Numbered from the stretch's first letter, positions 37,023 through 48,078 are shown. The stretch: 64,000 bases of DNA from a virus (IMGVR_UViG_3300028833_000006:1-64000); one strand, 5' to 3'. The notes: generated by a model from the sequence alone, not told the origin. Program-made: numbers and translations.

Positions 37023-38507
37023 TTATGATAAATCTTCATAATATGAATCACTGTTATAGTATCCAGGATTGTAATAACACACATGCAAATTCGATACAGA
37101 ATATTTTTCATCATTAGATACTATACCAATTAATGGATTAAACCAGTATTTTCTAGCCATCAATACATTATAATTATGCATAATGTTGTCAGAAACATTG
37201 TGCGAAGCACTGATTTCACCGAAAACACATACCGCATGTGGTGAAATATTGTGCATTGCATCAACATTATACTCAAAACCAGAATCTGTACCATTCTTTG
37301 TGGTGATAAATCCATTACAAAGACTACGCTTAATAGCATTCCAAAAATCGTTATAAGTATATAGTCTATAATTTGACCTACCGTATGACACCCTAATGTC
37401 ATTAAAGTTCTCACCACTAGATTCATGTATTTCATGCGCATTAAGACCACCCTCATGGTCTGCAAATGCTAATATCTGTTTTTTGGGGTCTATACCAAAA
37501 TAATCTGTACCTGTTCCAGTAAATTTTTCGAGATACAAATATAAACAACACTGCCAACTTGTTGATGTGGTTAATGGTGCATTTGGAAATACGGCAAAAT
37601 CTCGAAGGTTATAATTATATTCACCTGCAGCTGGGTAACGTCCACCGCTATATACTTCATTCCAACTATATATAACCTTTCTAGTTATACCCCCATATGA
37701 ATTAATTGCAATAACCCCTAAGTTACTCTTGAGACCACCAACATTAATTTGTTGAGTAAATACAAAATAACTTAAACCAGACATAGGTGATTTAAGTGCA
37801 AGAGACTCAAGATTACCACCACTACTTGGGATGAATGACGTAATTTGCGTAATTTCGCTATCCTTTGCATTAAATAATTTACCCCGAAATATAAAATACT
37901 CTGTAATGCCTTTTTGATATTCACTACGAACACCTGTTACTCGTAAATCTTCCGCATAACTACTTGAATACGGCACATTTATATATTCAACGGTGTGTGA
38001 CGTAAAATCTCCATTAAAATTAATTACAGTAATATCATAACCGCCACTAGGACAAACAATTATTCTATTGTGATGTGTAACAAAACATGAAACACTCATC
38101 GCTGTGGTGAAAGTGAGATTAACCGTATCAAGTAAATTTCCACTAATATCATAAATTGATATTGTATGAGTATAACTTCCATAAACACTTGACGGTAAAC
38201 AGAAAATAATACCATTATATTCAGCATATGTTCTATATATCTGCCATGCACTATCACGGTCGCCCAAAAACGAAACTAAACTGTTACTATATGAATTTGT
38301 AGACGGTACATAATTATTACGATTACCCACATAAATCCTTTTACTGCCACCTTGTGAGATTTGACTTAATAAATAACCGCCCTTAAACGCAAACCCATTC
38401 TCCCACACAACAACACCATCATGTATCCACTTAGTGAGATTAACACCATTGTATACAGGTTGCTCAACTATTGTTCCGTTGTAGTTTAGATTTCTTACTC
38501 TTGCCAT
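37023..38507 (-). CDS. Putative tail-tip / beta-propeller receptor-binding protein
   Basis: N-terminal V.YNG...VVW; beta-rich; tail position. Confidence 0.55.
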   Translation of the reverse strand: MARVRNLNYNGTIVEQPVYNGVNLTKWIHDGVVVWENGFAFKGGYLLSQISQGGSKRIYVGNRNNYVPSTNSYSNSLVSFLGDRDSAWQIYRTYAEYNGIIFCLPSSVYGSYTHTISIYDISGNLLDTVNLTFTTAMSVSCFVTHHNRIIVCPSGGYDITVINFNGDFTSHTVEYINVPYSSSYAEDLRVTGVRSEYQKGITEYFIFRGKLFNAKDSEITQITSFIPSSGGNLESLALKSPMSGLSYFVFTQQINVGGLKSNLGVIAINSYGGITRKVIYSWNEVYSGGRYPAAGEYNYNLRDFAVFPNAPLTTSTSWQCCLYLYLEKFTGTGTDYFGIDPKKQILAFADHEGGLNAHEIHESSGENFNDIRVSYGRSNYRLYTYNDFWNAIKRSLCNGFITTKNGTDSGFEYNVDAMHNISPHAVCVFGEISASHNVSDNIMHNYNVLMARKYWFNPLIGIVSNDEKYSVSNLHVCYYNPGYYNSDSYYEDLS

Positions 38508-38511
38508 AAAT

Positions 38512-39852
38512 TTATGAAAGCATGGTAGAAGATGTTTCTAGAATGCCTGTACTAGCATCCCAATTAACAACTACCATTACTTCTTGACCCCCAAAAGTGC
38601 CATATAAATTATCCCAATCGCTGTCATACTCTTCAAACTTATAGTCATAGTCTTTACTACTTGTATCTTGTTTTGTTTGAATAGTCTGTAGTCTAGCATT
38701 GATGTCTGTTATAAATTCGTTTTGATACTCTTCGCCCTTTGACTCAAAGTTATCTTTTAATGCTTGTATGCCAGTCAGTTTTCTATTGAATATATAGAAA
38801 TCCATAGACTGTGTTGCTTGTTGTGCGTCTAAATAATAGAATGATACTGCATCTACTCCGCACTCTGCATAGGGTAAGCCATTATTTGTTGATAAATACG
38901 GATAGTATGTTATGTTCTGCACCTTCATATAGATTTCTCTTGCTATATTCTTCAAAACTTGAGTACTTAATTTATATGCAAACATATTGGCTTGAATAAT
39001 ATAATTGTTCTCACCACTACCATATGTGACACCAGTGTCAGTTTCACTTTCCCTTATAGTTACTTTATCAACTGGCTTTACTTCAAAATCTTGATACTCT
39101 ACAAGTCTGTAATACCCCATTATTTCTGAATTTCTGTAAGGAGACTCAGATGAACCACCTGGGAATATATCATAAGACGGGAACAGCGCAAGTGACGGAT
39201 ATAATGCGTTTACTGTCTGTTTAAGATACCTAAACTCAAATAATCCGTCTCTATTAACTATACCGAAACAACCATTTATCTGACATAGTGACTTTAGTAC
39301 CACTAGACTTTGTAACGTCTTAGGCTCATATTGCTTATTTATGACAACACTGTCATTTGGTAATGTTGACTCTACGTAAGGTAAATGTATATAACTCAAT
39401 AAACTTCTTCTCAATGCCCCCAAAGTTATGGGAAAATGAAGATTGTTATACCAATTAGCAACTTCTACTTGACCACATTTATACAATATGTCATAAGCAG
39501 TTATCTTTATAAAATTCTTTCCAGTTTCTTTCTTGGCTTCATCTACAATGCCCTTAAATAACGGTATCGGCTCATCTTCTGTACCTTCTGTATAAATGGT
39601 AGCCTCTATACGTTTACCCTTGAGTACCTTTTGATATGTTGCATTATTTCGTATTTGTACCTCAAATTTACTTGAGATACATCCCACAAATTCTATACTA
39701 GTATTCTCAAGTATGCTTTCGTACAAGTTCATTGACTCAGCATATACTTCACTCGTAGGTATAGTTAAAGACAACTCTGGAAATGTCAATACCAAAGTCT
39801 TCTGCACACTATCACTTTTATATGCTCTTCTTACTTCATCTGATACATTCAT
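38512..39852 (-). CDS. Tail tip hub (Tal-like) protein
   Basis: Position after Dit; FVGCISS, AYDILY, INGCFG. Confidence 0.7.
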   Translation of the reverse strand: MNVSDEVRRAYKSDSVQKTLVLTFPELSLTIPTSEVYAESMNLYESILENTSIEFVGCISSKFEVQIRNNATYQKVLKGKRIEATIYTEGTEDEPIPLFKGIVDEAKKETGKNFIKITAYDILYKCGQVEVANWYNNLHFPITLGALRRSLLSYIHLPYVESTLPNDSVVINKQYEPKTLQSLVVLKSLCQINGCFGIVNRDGLFEFRYLKQTVNALYPSLALFPSYDIFPGGSSESPYRNSEIMGYYRLVEYQDFEVKPVDKVTIRESETDTGVTYGSGENNYIIQANMFAYKLSTQVLKNIAREIYMKVQNITYYPYLSTNNGLPYAECGVDAVSFYYLDAQQATQSMDFYIFNRKLTGIQALKDNFESKGEEYQNEFITDINARLQTIQTKQDTSSKDYDYKFEEYDSDWDNLYGTFGGQEVMVVVNWDASTGILETSSTMLS

Positions 39853-39857
39853 ATGCT

Positions 39858-40259
39858 TTAATACTCAATAAACTGAAACTTAAGTTGCTCAAATCTACCA
39901 CCCATATGTTTTACAGTTGTTTGAAAACTAGGGTCAAGATAGAAGTGTCCTGTTTTCATTGAAAAACTCTCGGTATCAAAGTAAGTACAGTTAGCGTCTC
40001 TTTCTTTTGAATTAATATAATTACTTGTGAGACCTTGCATTATTTCTGCCACTTCTTCCCACTTGAGATTTTTACGTGTGGTGATAGTAATGTCAGTTTT
40101 AGTGTGACTAACTGCATTTCTATGTGTAAGACCTGTTTGGTCTGTATATGGGTCTAAATCTTGCCTTTGATTAGGTTTGATATCATACCCACCCTCATTT
40201 ATATATTTGTCTGGAAATATAAAGTTTCCGAACTTAAATGTATAACTAGGAACTGACAT
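39858..40259 (-). CDS. Distal tail (Dit-like) protein
   Basis: Directly downstream of the tape measure gene; ends FIEY. Confidence 0.65.
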   Translation of the reverse strand: MSVPSYTFKFGNFIFPDKYINEGGYDIKPNQRQDLDPYTDQTGLTHRNAVSHTKTDITITTRKNLKWEEVAEIMQGLTSNYINSKERDANCTYFDTESFSMKTGHFYLDPSFQTTVKHMGGRFEQLKFQFIEY

Positions 40260-40273
40260 TACTTTTCACTCCT

Positions 40274-43200
40274 CTATGCAAATGCGCTCGAACCAGTTTG
40301 TTTTCTATACTGATTGTTTTGTGTCTGTACTGCTCTAAATACTTCCCTACCATCTATTTGTATCACAATATCGCCAGAATTTCCACCACCCATTCCATAC
40401 ATATTCATTTCACCAAGTGCTTCTATCATGGCTTGTTTCATTGTTGAAAGCGGCGATACTACTTCTGTCTCTTTATTGTTATCACCAAGTATTGCAAGGT
40501 ATTCTGACATACTAGGCGGTATCACTTGACCTGTTGCATGTCTAGGTATTGTTATCCTACTTGATACACTTCTATAGGCATTACTTGCCATATTAGATAC
40601 TTGACTACTAACACTTGATACCGCACTTGATATCTGACTTATGACACTAGATATCATGCTTGCAAGTGAACTTAATGCACTTCTCACACTAGATACCATA
40701 CTGCTCACCACACCTAATACTCGTGATTTCACATTATTGAATGCACTCACAAATTGCGTGCCAAAGTTGGATATCTGTGATACAAAATTACCAATGTTCT
40801 GTGTCCAACCGTTTATTAATCCTTGTACAATATCCCTACCAATATTCTGCATTACTACAGAGGGTGAGTGTACTTGGAATATAGTTTTTACAGCGGTTAT
40901 AATGCCTTGTAATCCAGGAGTTATTGCACCTACAATAGTTGCAATACCACCTAATAATCCAGTTTTAAGACCCTCTGATATATTAGTACCTAACGAATTT
41001 GCATTCGGCATATTAGCAGTAGTAAATGTACTATCTAATGCTGAAATGGACGCATTACCAGTCGCTATCATGGTTTCTTGTGGTACAGTAATCTCATTAG
41101 CCACATTCGTACCAAATGTTTGTGCATTAGGCATGTTGGCAGTAGTAAATTCATTATCCATTGCCGTAACTGCTTGCCTTGTCTGTGATGCTAAATTCTC
41201 TGTAGACAATCCAGTATCTAACATTGTTTGAACATTCGGCCCGAAGTTATGACCGTTTGGCATATTGGCTGTCGTGAACTCACTATCTGCTTTTTGTATT
41301 GCCTCTTTTACACTAGTAGGTAGTCTATCAAGATTATCTGCGAGTGACTGTGTTGCCCACTGTGACTCTTGATTTGCTCTTTCAATAGCACTCTTCACAC
41401 TAGTAGGTAATCTGTCCATATTATCAGCAAGTGACTGAGTAGCCCATTGTGCTTCTTGGTCTGCTTGCTGTATAGCCGCCTTAACTGATGTGGGTACTTT
41501 ATCTAATTCAATATTAAGTCTTTCACTCTTCTCAACTATCTTATCAGACGCTGTACTTACACTGTTGACAAGACTGTCATAATATTCTTGTGACTTACCT
41601 TGACTTGCATACCAATCTTCTACAGTCTGACTTGAGTGTAAAATTGTATCATTTGACTGTGATATTGTACTTGCTGTAATGTCCGCAAGTGCTCCGCTTT
41701 CACGCATTGCATTTTGCACAGCAACATATGCTTCATCACCGTCTCTCAAATGGTCGAAGAATTTATATGTCGCATTATCTACCTCACCATATTTACTAGC
41801 AAGTATAGATAACATACCGTTAACATCATTGCCATTAGTTTCAAGTATGCCTAAACCCTCATTTATTTGGATTAATGCTGTCGTATTATCTTTCCACGCA
41901 AGTCCATTACCACGAACCTTGACATTATTTTCGTCTAAAGCACCAGTAAGAGCACTTAAATCTGAGTGGGTTTCAATAATTTTCTTACGGAACTCGTCCA
42001 TTTGGCGACCGGCACCTGCGCTATCGCCATAATTATTCATACGAGCAACTTTATTCATCTCTTCTGTTGCAGGTATGACACCGTTTTCAATAGACTTTGT
42101 AAGGTCATCTACAGCCTTTTGGTTCTCTTTTGCAACATCCGCAATACCATTCTCATACCCAAGTTGCTTTGCAAGTATATCAGCAAGTCCAATAGTAAGT
42201 GCTCCTGCTACCGCACCCAATAATGCGCCAACAAGGAGTCCACCTAATGCTGTACCGAGTCCTGATGCGGCACTTGTCACTGCGCTATTTGTTGCAAGTT
42301 CTTTGAATGGTGCTGTAAAACCTTTGCCTAAAGCAGTTCCACCAAGTTTACTAAGCATACCACTTACAACACTACCGCCCATCTTCTTACCTGCATTGGT
42401 AAGTAAATTAAGTATTACTGCGCCACCAAGTAGTTTGCTAACTATCTCTGGCCAGTCAAGTCTAAGTTTTGCCATTATGACTGATTTGATTGTGTTCTTT
42501 ACTTTTGATAAATCAACAAGTTTAATTGCATGTACAAGGAAATCGACAACTCTGTCAATTACACGAGATACAAGTTTATCTACTTTATCCCAATCAATAT
42601 TTTCTTCTATCTTATCAAGCCATAATTCTATCTCATCAAGTAATGCATCAAATGAATCTACGATACCTTCCCAATCCATATTTTCTATGAATGTTTTGAT
42701 ACCTTGTATGAGTTTATCTTTATCTACTTTCTGTAAGAAATTGGTTATAGCATCTATAGCACCCTTGATAAAATTACCTAATGCCTCACCATTTGTCTCC
42801 CAGTCAAATTCATCAACTGCCTTATTTATAGCACTTGCAAGTCTCTCAAGAATACCCTTGCCATCAAAATTCTCACCAAATTCTTTGGCTTTCTCAAATA
42901 TAGTATTTAATCTATCAGCAAAAGTAGAGCCTATCTCTTCCCACTTAATATCATTCTTTATTCTGTCACTAAGTGTCTTTGCAATATCACCCAATTTAAG
43001 GTTCTTAATGAATTGAGTAATCCTATCTGCTATAGCTTGCCACCTTAATTCTTCAAGTGCATCCCCAATGCCATTGATTATCTGTACAAAATCAATGTCT
43101 TCAATAAATGATGTTATGGTATCTACAAGACCATAGAGGAAATTACCTACTGTCTTACCGTTTTCTCTCCAACTAAAGTTGGCAAATCCCTTATTTATTG

Positions 43201-46099
43201 AGTCAGCAATTTGCTTTGCAATCTTAACACCGTCAAATCCGTCCATAAATCTTTGCAAAGCATCAAATGCACTATTCAGAGTATCGGTAAGACCCATGAA
43301 TAGGCTATCCCACATACTTTTATTGCCCAAGAATGCGGTAATACCCTTACCCAAATCTTCAAAATGTATCTTATCTAATGTTCCACTGATTGTATCAAAT
43401 AGTTTTCTAAAGAACCTACCAATTATTGTTGCTGTATAACTCCAATTGAAATCTGTAAATGCTCTGTTAACCATTTCAGATATACTATCAGATACAAGAT
43501 TGGGGTCAAATGCCTTTAAGAAACTGTCTACGATAGCAAATAATCCATTAAGTCCTGCGGCAAATATATGACCAATAGCACCCCAATCAATAGTTCTAAA
43601 GGATTCCATTAACGCATCACCGATAAACTTACCAAGACTCTCAAAATGGAATTTATCAACAAAATTAGTTAAGAATATTTGAATAGTATTAACTATCTCA
43701 CCAATCGTTCTGCCCACTGATTCTGCAAGCCCTTGCACCTCTAAAAATCCATTGAGGAATGTTGCGATAGAACTACCTAATCTAGCGGCGAAATCTTGTA
43801 TTTTATCCCAAGGAATGCTATCAAGAAACTCTTTTAATTTCTGCCCAGCAAGCGCACCAAGTTCATAGAAGTCACCTTTTTCCCACATCTCTCTGAGCCA
43901 ATCGGCTATCTTCTTAAACTTATCTTCAATAGGCTTCTCCTCAAAAAGACTGCCTAATCCGCCGCCACCGCCACCAAGGTCATCAAGGTCGCCCAAATCA
44001 TCAAGTAAATCTGCTTGGTCTTCAAGGTCTTTATTTTCATCCGCATGTAATACATTAAGTTTATCAAGACCACTTAACTGCTTATCAAGTTCCTTGTTGT
44101 TATCTTTTTTGGCTTTAGTGTTATCCTTAGTTGCTTTGGTATCTTTCTTTGTGCCACTTGTAACACCACCTACACCTTGCTTTACTGCTGTTAGATATGT
44201 TTTATGTCCAGTAAGAGCACCTATCACCTGTGCGATTGCATTAACTACTCTAAGTAACCAATTTACAAACATCTGTAAATAGGGAATAACTAAACTTACT
44301 ATAGGTGCAAATGCGGCTGACCATGAGTATCTTAACTGCTGTAAACTAGCCCTTAACTCATTTATCTGACCAACCATATTTCTGAATGTGGTCATAGCAC
44401 TCTTATTACCAAACTGTTGCATTGTATTCCCAGTATACTGTAATTGAGTGTCTAATTCCTTAACTTTATTTTTGAGCATATCAATATTAGACGCTACTTG
44501 TGGATTGACTTTTAAGTCAATTCCACGCTCTTCTACCTTTGCGGTATAATCGTCTAATTTCTTTTGCATCTCATCCCTTGCGGATACTATATTTTGAGTA
44601 TAATCATCTGCTAATTCTTCAATAGTTCCAGACACATCAAATGCACTCATAAGAGAACTTGTGAAACTACTGAATAGGCTTGATACCTTACCACCAATAC
44701 CCCTAGCAATATTCATAATTCCACTGCCTATGAGTGAGAATAAATTTTTGAACTTACTTAATAATCCAACTACAGCCGAGCCTACTTTACTTGTAATAAC
44801 TCCTGCTAATTGGAACATTTCTTTTTTGATATTCAATACCACTGACGGTATTTGTTTAAGTGCACCAAGCACATTATTAACTATAGTTTTACCAATAGTC
44901 TTAAAGGCATTAATAATGCCTTGATTTATGGCACTTCTCATTTTAAGTATATACGATAATGCCATAGCGAGTGCGGACACTACAAATCTTTGTACTACTC
45001 TACCCCACTCACGAGCACCACTAACTAACTGTTCTTGTCGTAATTGAATCTGTTTCTCTTTGGCTAATGATGCTTCTAATCTTGATTTAGTTTCTCTATA
45101 ATCTTCTGTAGTACGAACATCTACAACAACTTCTCCACGAGACTCTATCTCGCTCATTTGTTGATTAATGTTGCCTAACTCGGCTTCTTCTTCCTTGAGT
45201 TGTTCAACGGCTGTATCTCGTTTTTGCTCTTGTGTTTCAAGTTTAGCCTCTGTACTATCTAATTGGTTCTGTATATTCTGGCCAGCCTCTGTAAGAGTAT
45301 TAGTCCATGCTTTACCACTCTCAACTAACTGTTGCTGTTCCTCTTTTGCCTCATTTAATCCGCTCTCGGTTTCCTCTAATCTGAGATTAGCAGTATCAAG
45401 CATTGCCTTTTGTGTATTATACTCATCCTCATACACTTTTTGCTGTTTCATCAGGGTAGCAACTTCCCAATTACGTGACTGCTCTTGTTCTGCTGTAAGT
45501 GCACCGTGCTTCTTAATTAACTCATCATATCGTTCAACTACTTTCCTAATAGAATCCTCTAACGAATTATATCCTTTTACAGCCTTATTAGAATCAAATG
45601 CGTCTTGAACTGCCTTTTGATTTACTTCTGCTTCCTTAAGTTCATTGTTCATAAACTCAATGGAGCTAAGTACCTCATTGTATTCTTCGGTAGGCATATA
45701 TAACTGCCTGCCTTTAGTATCGAAACCACCCCTTAAAGTCTCTCTTAAAGTATTAGCCTTTTGATTAAGGTCATTGATTGTAGAATTAACCGCACCCAAT
45801 TGTGCCTTATACTTATTCACACTATCGGATGCTTTATCAAAATTAGTTGCAAGTTTTTGATACTCTGGATTAACTACATACTGGTTCTTGCCCATTTCTT
45901 CTAACTTTGACATCAACTCTTCGGTACTATTTCTAGCCGCTCTAAGTGAATTGTTTATAGTCATTAGTTGTGGATTTCTTTTTGCAGCACCAGAAGTACG
46001 AGATAAACTTTTATCTATCTCGTTAGACAAATTAGAAATATCTCTTTTGAATTGACTTAACTCTGCTTCTAAGGGAATTTTGATAGGGTCTGTTTCCAT
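40274..46099 (-). CDS. Tape measure protein (1941 aa)
   Basis: Length, coiled coils, W/F-periodic repeats, C-terminal HATG..IPP/GDN..E.VSPL. Confidence 0.93.
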   Translation of the reverse strand: METDPIKIPLEAELSQFKRDISNLSNEIDKSLSRTSGAAKRNPQLMTINNSLRAARNSTEELMSKLEEMGKNQYVVNPEYQKLATNFDKASDSVNKYKAQLGAVNSTINDLNQKANTLRETLRGGFDTKGRQLYMPTEEYNEVLSSIEFMNNELKEAEVNQKAVQDAFDSNKAVKGYNSLEDSIRKVVERYDELIKKHGALTAEQEQSRNWEVATLMKQQKVYEDEYNTQKAMLDTANLRLEETESGLNEAKEEQQQLVESGKAWTNTLTEAGQNIQNQLDSTEAKLETQEQKRDTAVEQLKEEEAELGNINQQMSEIESRGEVVVDVRTTEDYRETKSRLEASLAKEKQIQLRQEQLVSGAREWGRVVQRFVVSALAMALSYILKMRSAINQGIINAFKTIGKTIVNNVLGALKQIPSVVLNIKKEMFQLAGVITSKVGSAVVGLLSKFKNLFSLIGSGIMNIARGIGGKVSSLFSSFTSSLMSAFDVSGTIEELADDYTQNIVSARDEMQKKLDDYTAKVEERGIDLKVNPQVASNIDMLKNKVKELDTQLQYTGNTMQQFGNKSAMTTFRNMVGQINELRASLQQLRYSWSAAFAPIVSLVIPYLQMFVNWLLRVVNAIAQVIGALTGHKTYLTAVKQGVGGVTSGTKKDTKATKDNTKAKKDNNKELDKQLSGLDKLNVLHADENKDLEDQADLLDDLGDLDDLGGGGGGLGSLFEEKPIEDKFKKIADWLREMWEKGDFYELGALAGQKLKEFLDSIPWDKIQDFAARLGSSIATFLNGFLEVQGLAESVGRTIGEIVNTIQIFLTNFVDKFHFESLGKFIGDALMESFRTIDWGAIGHIFAAGLNGLFAIVDSFLKAFDPNLVSDSISEMVNRAFTDFNWSYTATIIGRFFRKLFDTISGTLDKIHFEDLGKGITAFLGNKSMWDSLFMGLTDTLNSAFDALQRFMDGFDGVKIAKQIADSINKGFANFSWRENGKTVGNFLYGLVDTITSFIEDIDFVQIINGIGDALEELRWQAIADRITQFIKNLKLGDIAKTLSDRIKNDIKWEEIGSTFADRLNTIFEKAKEFGENFDGKGILERLASAINKAVDEFDWETNGEALGNFIKGAIDAITNFLQKVDKDKLIQGIKTFIENMDWEGIVDSFDALLDEIELWLDKIEENIDWDKVDKLVSRVIDRVVDFLVHAIKLVDLSKVKNTIKSVIMAKLRLDWPEIVSKLLGGAVILNLLTNAGKKMGGSVVSGMLSKLGGTALGKGFTAPFKELATNSAVTSAASGLGTALGGLLVGALLGAVAGALTIGLADILAKQLGYENGIADVAKENQKAVDDLTKSIENGVIPATEEMNKVARMNNYGDSAGAGRQMDEFRKKIIETHSDLSALTGALDENNVKVRGNGLAWKDNTTALIQINEGLGILETNGNDVNGMLSILASKYGEVDNATYKFFDHLRDGDEAYVAVQNAMRESGALADITASTISQSNDTILHSSQTVEDWYASQGKSQEYYDSLVNSVSTASDKIVEKSERLNIELDKVPTSVKAAIQQADQEAQWATQSLADNMDRLPTSVKSAIERANQESQWATQSLADNLDRLPTSVKEAIQKADSEFTTANMPNGHNFGPNVQTMLDTGLSTENLASQTRQAVTAMDNEFTTANMPNAQTFGTNVANEITVPQETMIATGNASISALDSTFTTANMPNANSLGTNISEGLKTGLLGGIATIVGAITPGLQGIITAVKTIFQVHSPSVVMQNIGRDIVQGLINGWTQNIGNFVSQISNFGTQFVSAFNNVKSRVLGVVSSMVSSVRSALSSLASMISSVISQISSAVSSVSSQVSNMASNAYRSVSSRITIPRHATGQVIPPSMSEYLAILGDNNKETEVVSPLSTMKQAMIEALGEMNMYGMGGGNSGDIVIQIDGREVFRAVQTQNNQYRKQTGSSAFA

Positions 46100-46137
46100 A
46101 AATATGTACCCCTCTTAAGAAAATCTATGATTAAAGA

Positions 46138-46725
46138 TTACTGCTTATTCCATATACTACGGATATAAGCATCTGCTTCTCTTTGTTCTCGTGTTCTTAC
46201 ATCTACTTGGAAATACTGAGGATTTTCTGCTTTGAATTTCTGCTCATGTTTTTCCAATTTCTTACCCATAGCGGTCTTATATCTTATTCCTACTACGGTT
46301 GCTAATGTGCACTCTCCTACTGCCATATAATAGCCCATGAAAGTCCACCAATGTATATAACTCTCACCTCTAACTTCTTTACCTGCCACATGATTGACTG
46401 CTGAACTGATTAGCATAGAATCACCTTCCCAGTCAATCAAGTGGTAGTTGTTAGTAGGTGTATTATACTCTGGTTGGTTGAAATTAAAGAAGTTAAACAT
46501 CTTCTCCACTGCCTCAACCAAGTTGTCACCAAATATGACACCAATGTCACTTATATCATTAATATCTTCATAGAAGATAATCAATGCTGAATATATCCTC
46601 TCCTCTTTGGTCATCTCAACATCGTCAAGTGCCAAATAACAGTCAATAATCACCCTATAATCTGCTTTATTTCGGATAGGGTACATTGTACCGTCTATTT
46701 CAATTGAGGTGGGTAATTCAAACAT
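46138..46725 (-). CDS. Tail assembly chaperone (A118 gp15-like)
   Basis: LPTSIEIDG..YPI..DYR; HWWTF. Confidence 0.8.
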   Translation of the reverse strand: MFELPTSIEIDGTMYPIRNKADYRVIIDCYLALDDVEMTKEERIYSALIIFYEDINDISDIGVIFGDNLVEAVEKMFNFFNFNQPEYNTPTNNYHLIDWEGDSMLISSAVNHVAGKEVRGESYIHWWTFMGYYMAVGECTLATVVGIRYKTAMGKKLEKHEQKFKAENPQYFQVDVRTREQREADAYIRSIWNKQ

Positions 46726-46727
46726 TT

Positions 46728-47339
46728 CTACTTGTTCTTCGCTCTCCTAGCGGCTCTGTTATTGCCAACGGGCTGTGTGTACTTTGCTGTATGCTTTGAC
46801 ATCTTCTTCTGCATAACCTTAAATTCTTTTGCAATATTAGTCTCATAAAGACCAAGAAGTGTCTCTATAATATGCTCATATCTGAGTGTACCATTATAGG
46901 GGTCGTACATTGTGCCACCATCAGCGGCTTTATCTGCAACTTCTGCATCAAATATATAGTCAATCTGCTCTCTCATAGCCATGTCTAATTTATCCAAAGT
47001 AGCCATAGCCTTATTGAGAACTTCTATGTCATCGGTTTCAGGGTCAAATTCAACATCTGTTATCTCATTTGCAATCTGCCTTAACTTAGCATAGCCCTTT
47101 TCAAGTCTGTTGTATAAGCCAAGGTCAGACATATTAAGTGAGATTACCTTGTTATTGTCACCATTAAGTCTAAATCTCTTACGCTTAATCGGTGCAATCT
47201 CAATGTCAACAATATCGTCTTCTACTTTAGGTTCTGACACAGGTGTCACTTTCTTCTCAACAACCTTTGTGTCTTCCTTAATCTCCTCTAACACTTCATC
47301 TTTCTCAATTTCGGTATTCTTGTTATCCACAAGTGCCAT
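46728..47339 (-). CDS. Tail assembly chaperone
   Basis: Between tail tube and gp15-like gene; AGGAGG RBS before MALVDN. Confidence 0.65.
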   Translation of the reverse strand: MALVDNKNTEIEKDEVLEEIKEDTKVVEKKVTPVSEPKVEDDIVDIEIAPIKRKRFRLNGDNNKVISLNMSDLGLYNRLEKGYAKLRQIANEITDVEFDPETDDIEVLNKAMATLDKLDMAMREQIDYIFDAEVADKAADGGTMYDPYNGTLRYEHIIETLLGLYETNIAKEFKVMQKKMSKHTAKYTQPVGNNRAARRAKNK

Positions 47340-47358
47340 ATTATCCTCCTTAAAATAT

Positions 47359-47397
47359 GGCATACACACAGGGGTATTTCACCCTATGTGTATGCTA
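47359..47397 (-). terminator. Hairpin after the major tail gene
   Basis: gcatacaca.aggg...ccct.tgtgtatgc. Confidence 0.6.
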
Positions 47398-47414
47398 CAA
47401 TATCTCTGTAAGTC

Positions 47415-48065
47415 TTATACTGTCACGTCAGGTGTGAACTCAAAGTCATCAGATAACTTATCTACAGTACCTGGTGTTGACTTGTTTGAGTAGTGTACAG
47501 TAATGGGGAAGTTAACCTTTGTGTCACCACCAAGTGAATCGTAAGTGATTGTACACTCAGTCTGCCTCTGTGCCTTATAACCGTTGGTCTCATCACCGAT
47601 GTATGCAGTAATGATGTACATTGTGAACTGGTTAAGTTCTGATACTGCATTTCTGAACATGATATCATGCAACTTCGGTGCTAACTTTGAACCGCCAAGG
47701 ATAAGGAACGGGTCGAATGACTGCTCAGGCTCTGTCTTGTTCATATCTGTATATGAGTTACCACGAATATCAGTGGTTGTCTCAATATCGGGATTGAACT
47801 CGATAGAAGAGTCTTCGGTACGAGTACCAAGGATATCTCTAACCTCTTCGCCCTTGTAATACTTATTGGTTTCAAAAGTAGGTGCTTCTGAACCAGTTAC
47901 ATGTGTATACACATTACCACTCTTTGTGTAGTAGTCTGTGTAATTGGTAGACCAATCAGCGGGTGCTGACTCAAGAAGTGTGTACTCATCCCAAGCCGCT
48001 ACCGTAATGAGTGTCTTTCTCTCGGCTCTCTGACCTTGCGCCAGATTAAACTGCTCAACTGCCAT
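47415..48065 (-). CDS. Major tail tube protein
   Basis: Synteny; SSIEFNP.IE...DIRG, SLGG; strong codon bias. Confidence 0.8.
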   Translation of the reverse strand: MAVEQFNLAQGQRAERKTLITVAAWDEYTLLESAPADWSTNYTDYYTKSGNVYTHVTGSEAPTFETNKYYKGEEVRDILGTRTEDSSIEFNPDIETTTDIRGNSYTDMNKTEPEQSFDPFLILGGSKLAPKLHDIMFRNAVSELNQFTMYIITAYIGDETNGYKAQRQTECTITYDSLGGDTKVNFPITVHYSNKSTPGTVDKLSDDFEFTPDVTV

Positions 48066-48078
48066 AATTCATTTCCTC

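Noticed and set aside
26976-38507. Diversity-generating retroelement or invertase shufflon acting on fibre genes
   Set aside because: No reverse transcriptase or recombinase, no TR/VR pair differing at adenines, and no inverted cassettes seen.
46720-46760. Programmed frameshift between the tail chaperone genes
   Set aside because: No clear slippery heptamer; the downstream gene has its own ATG just after the stop.
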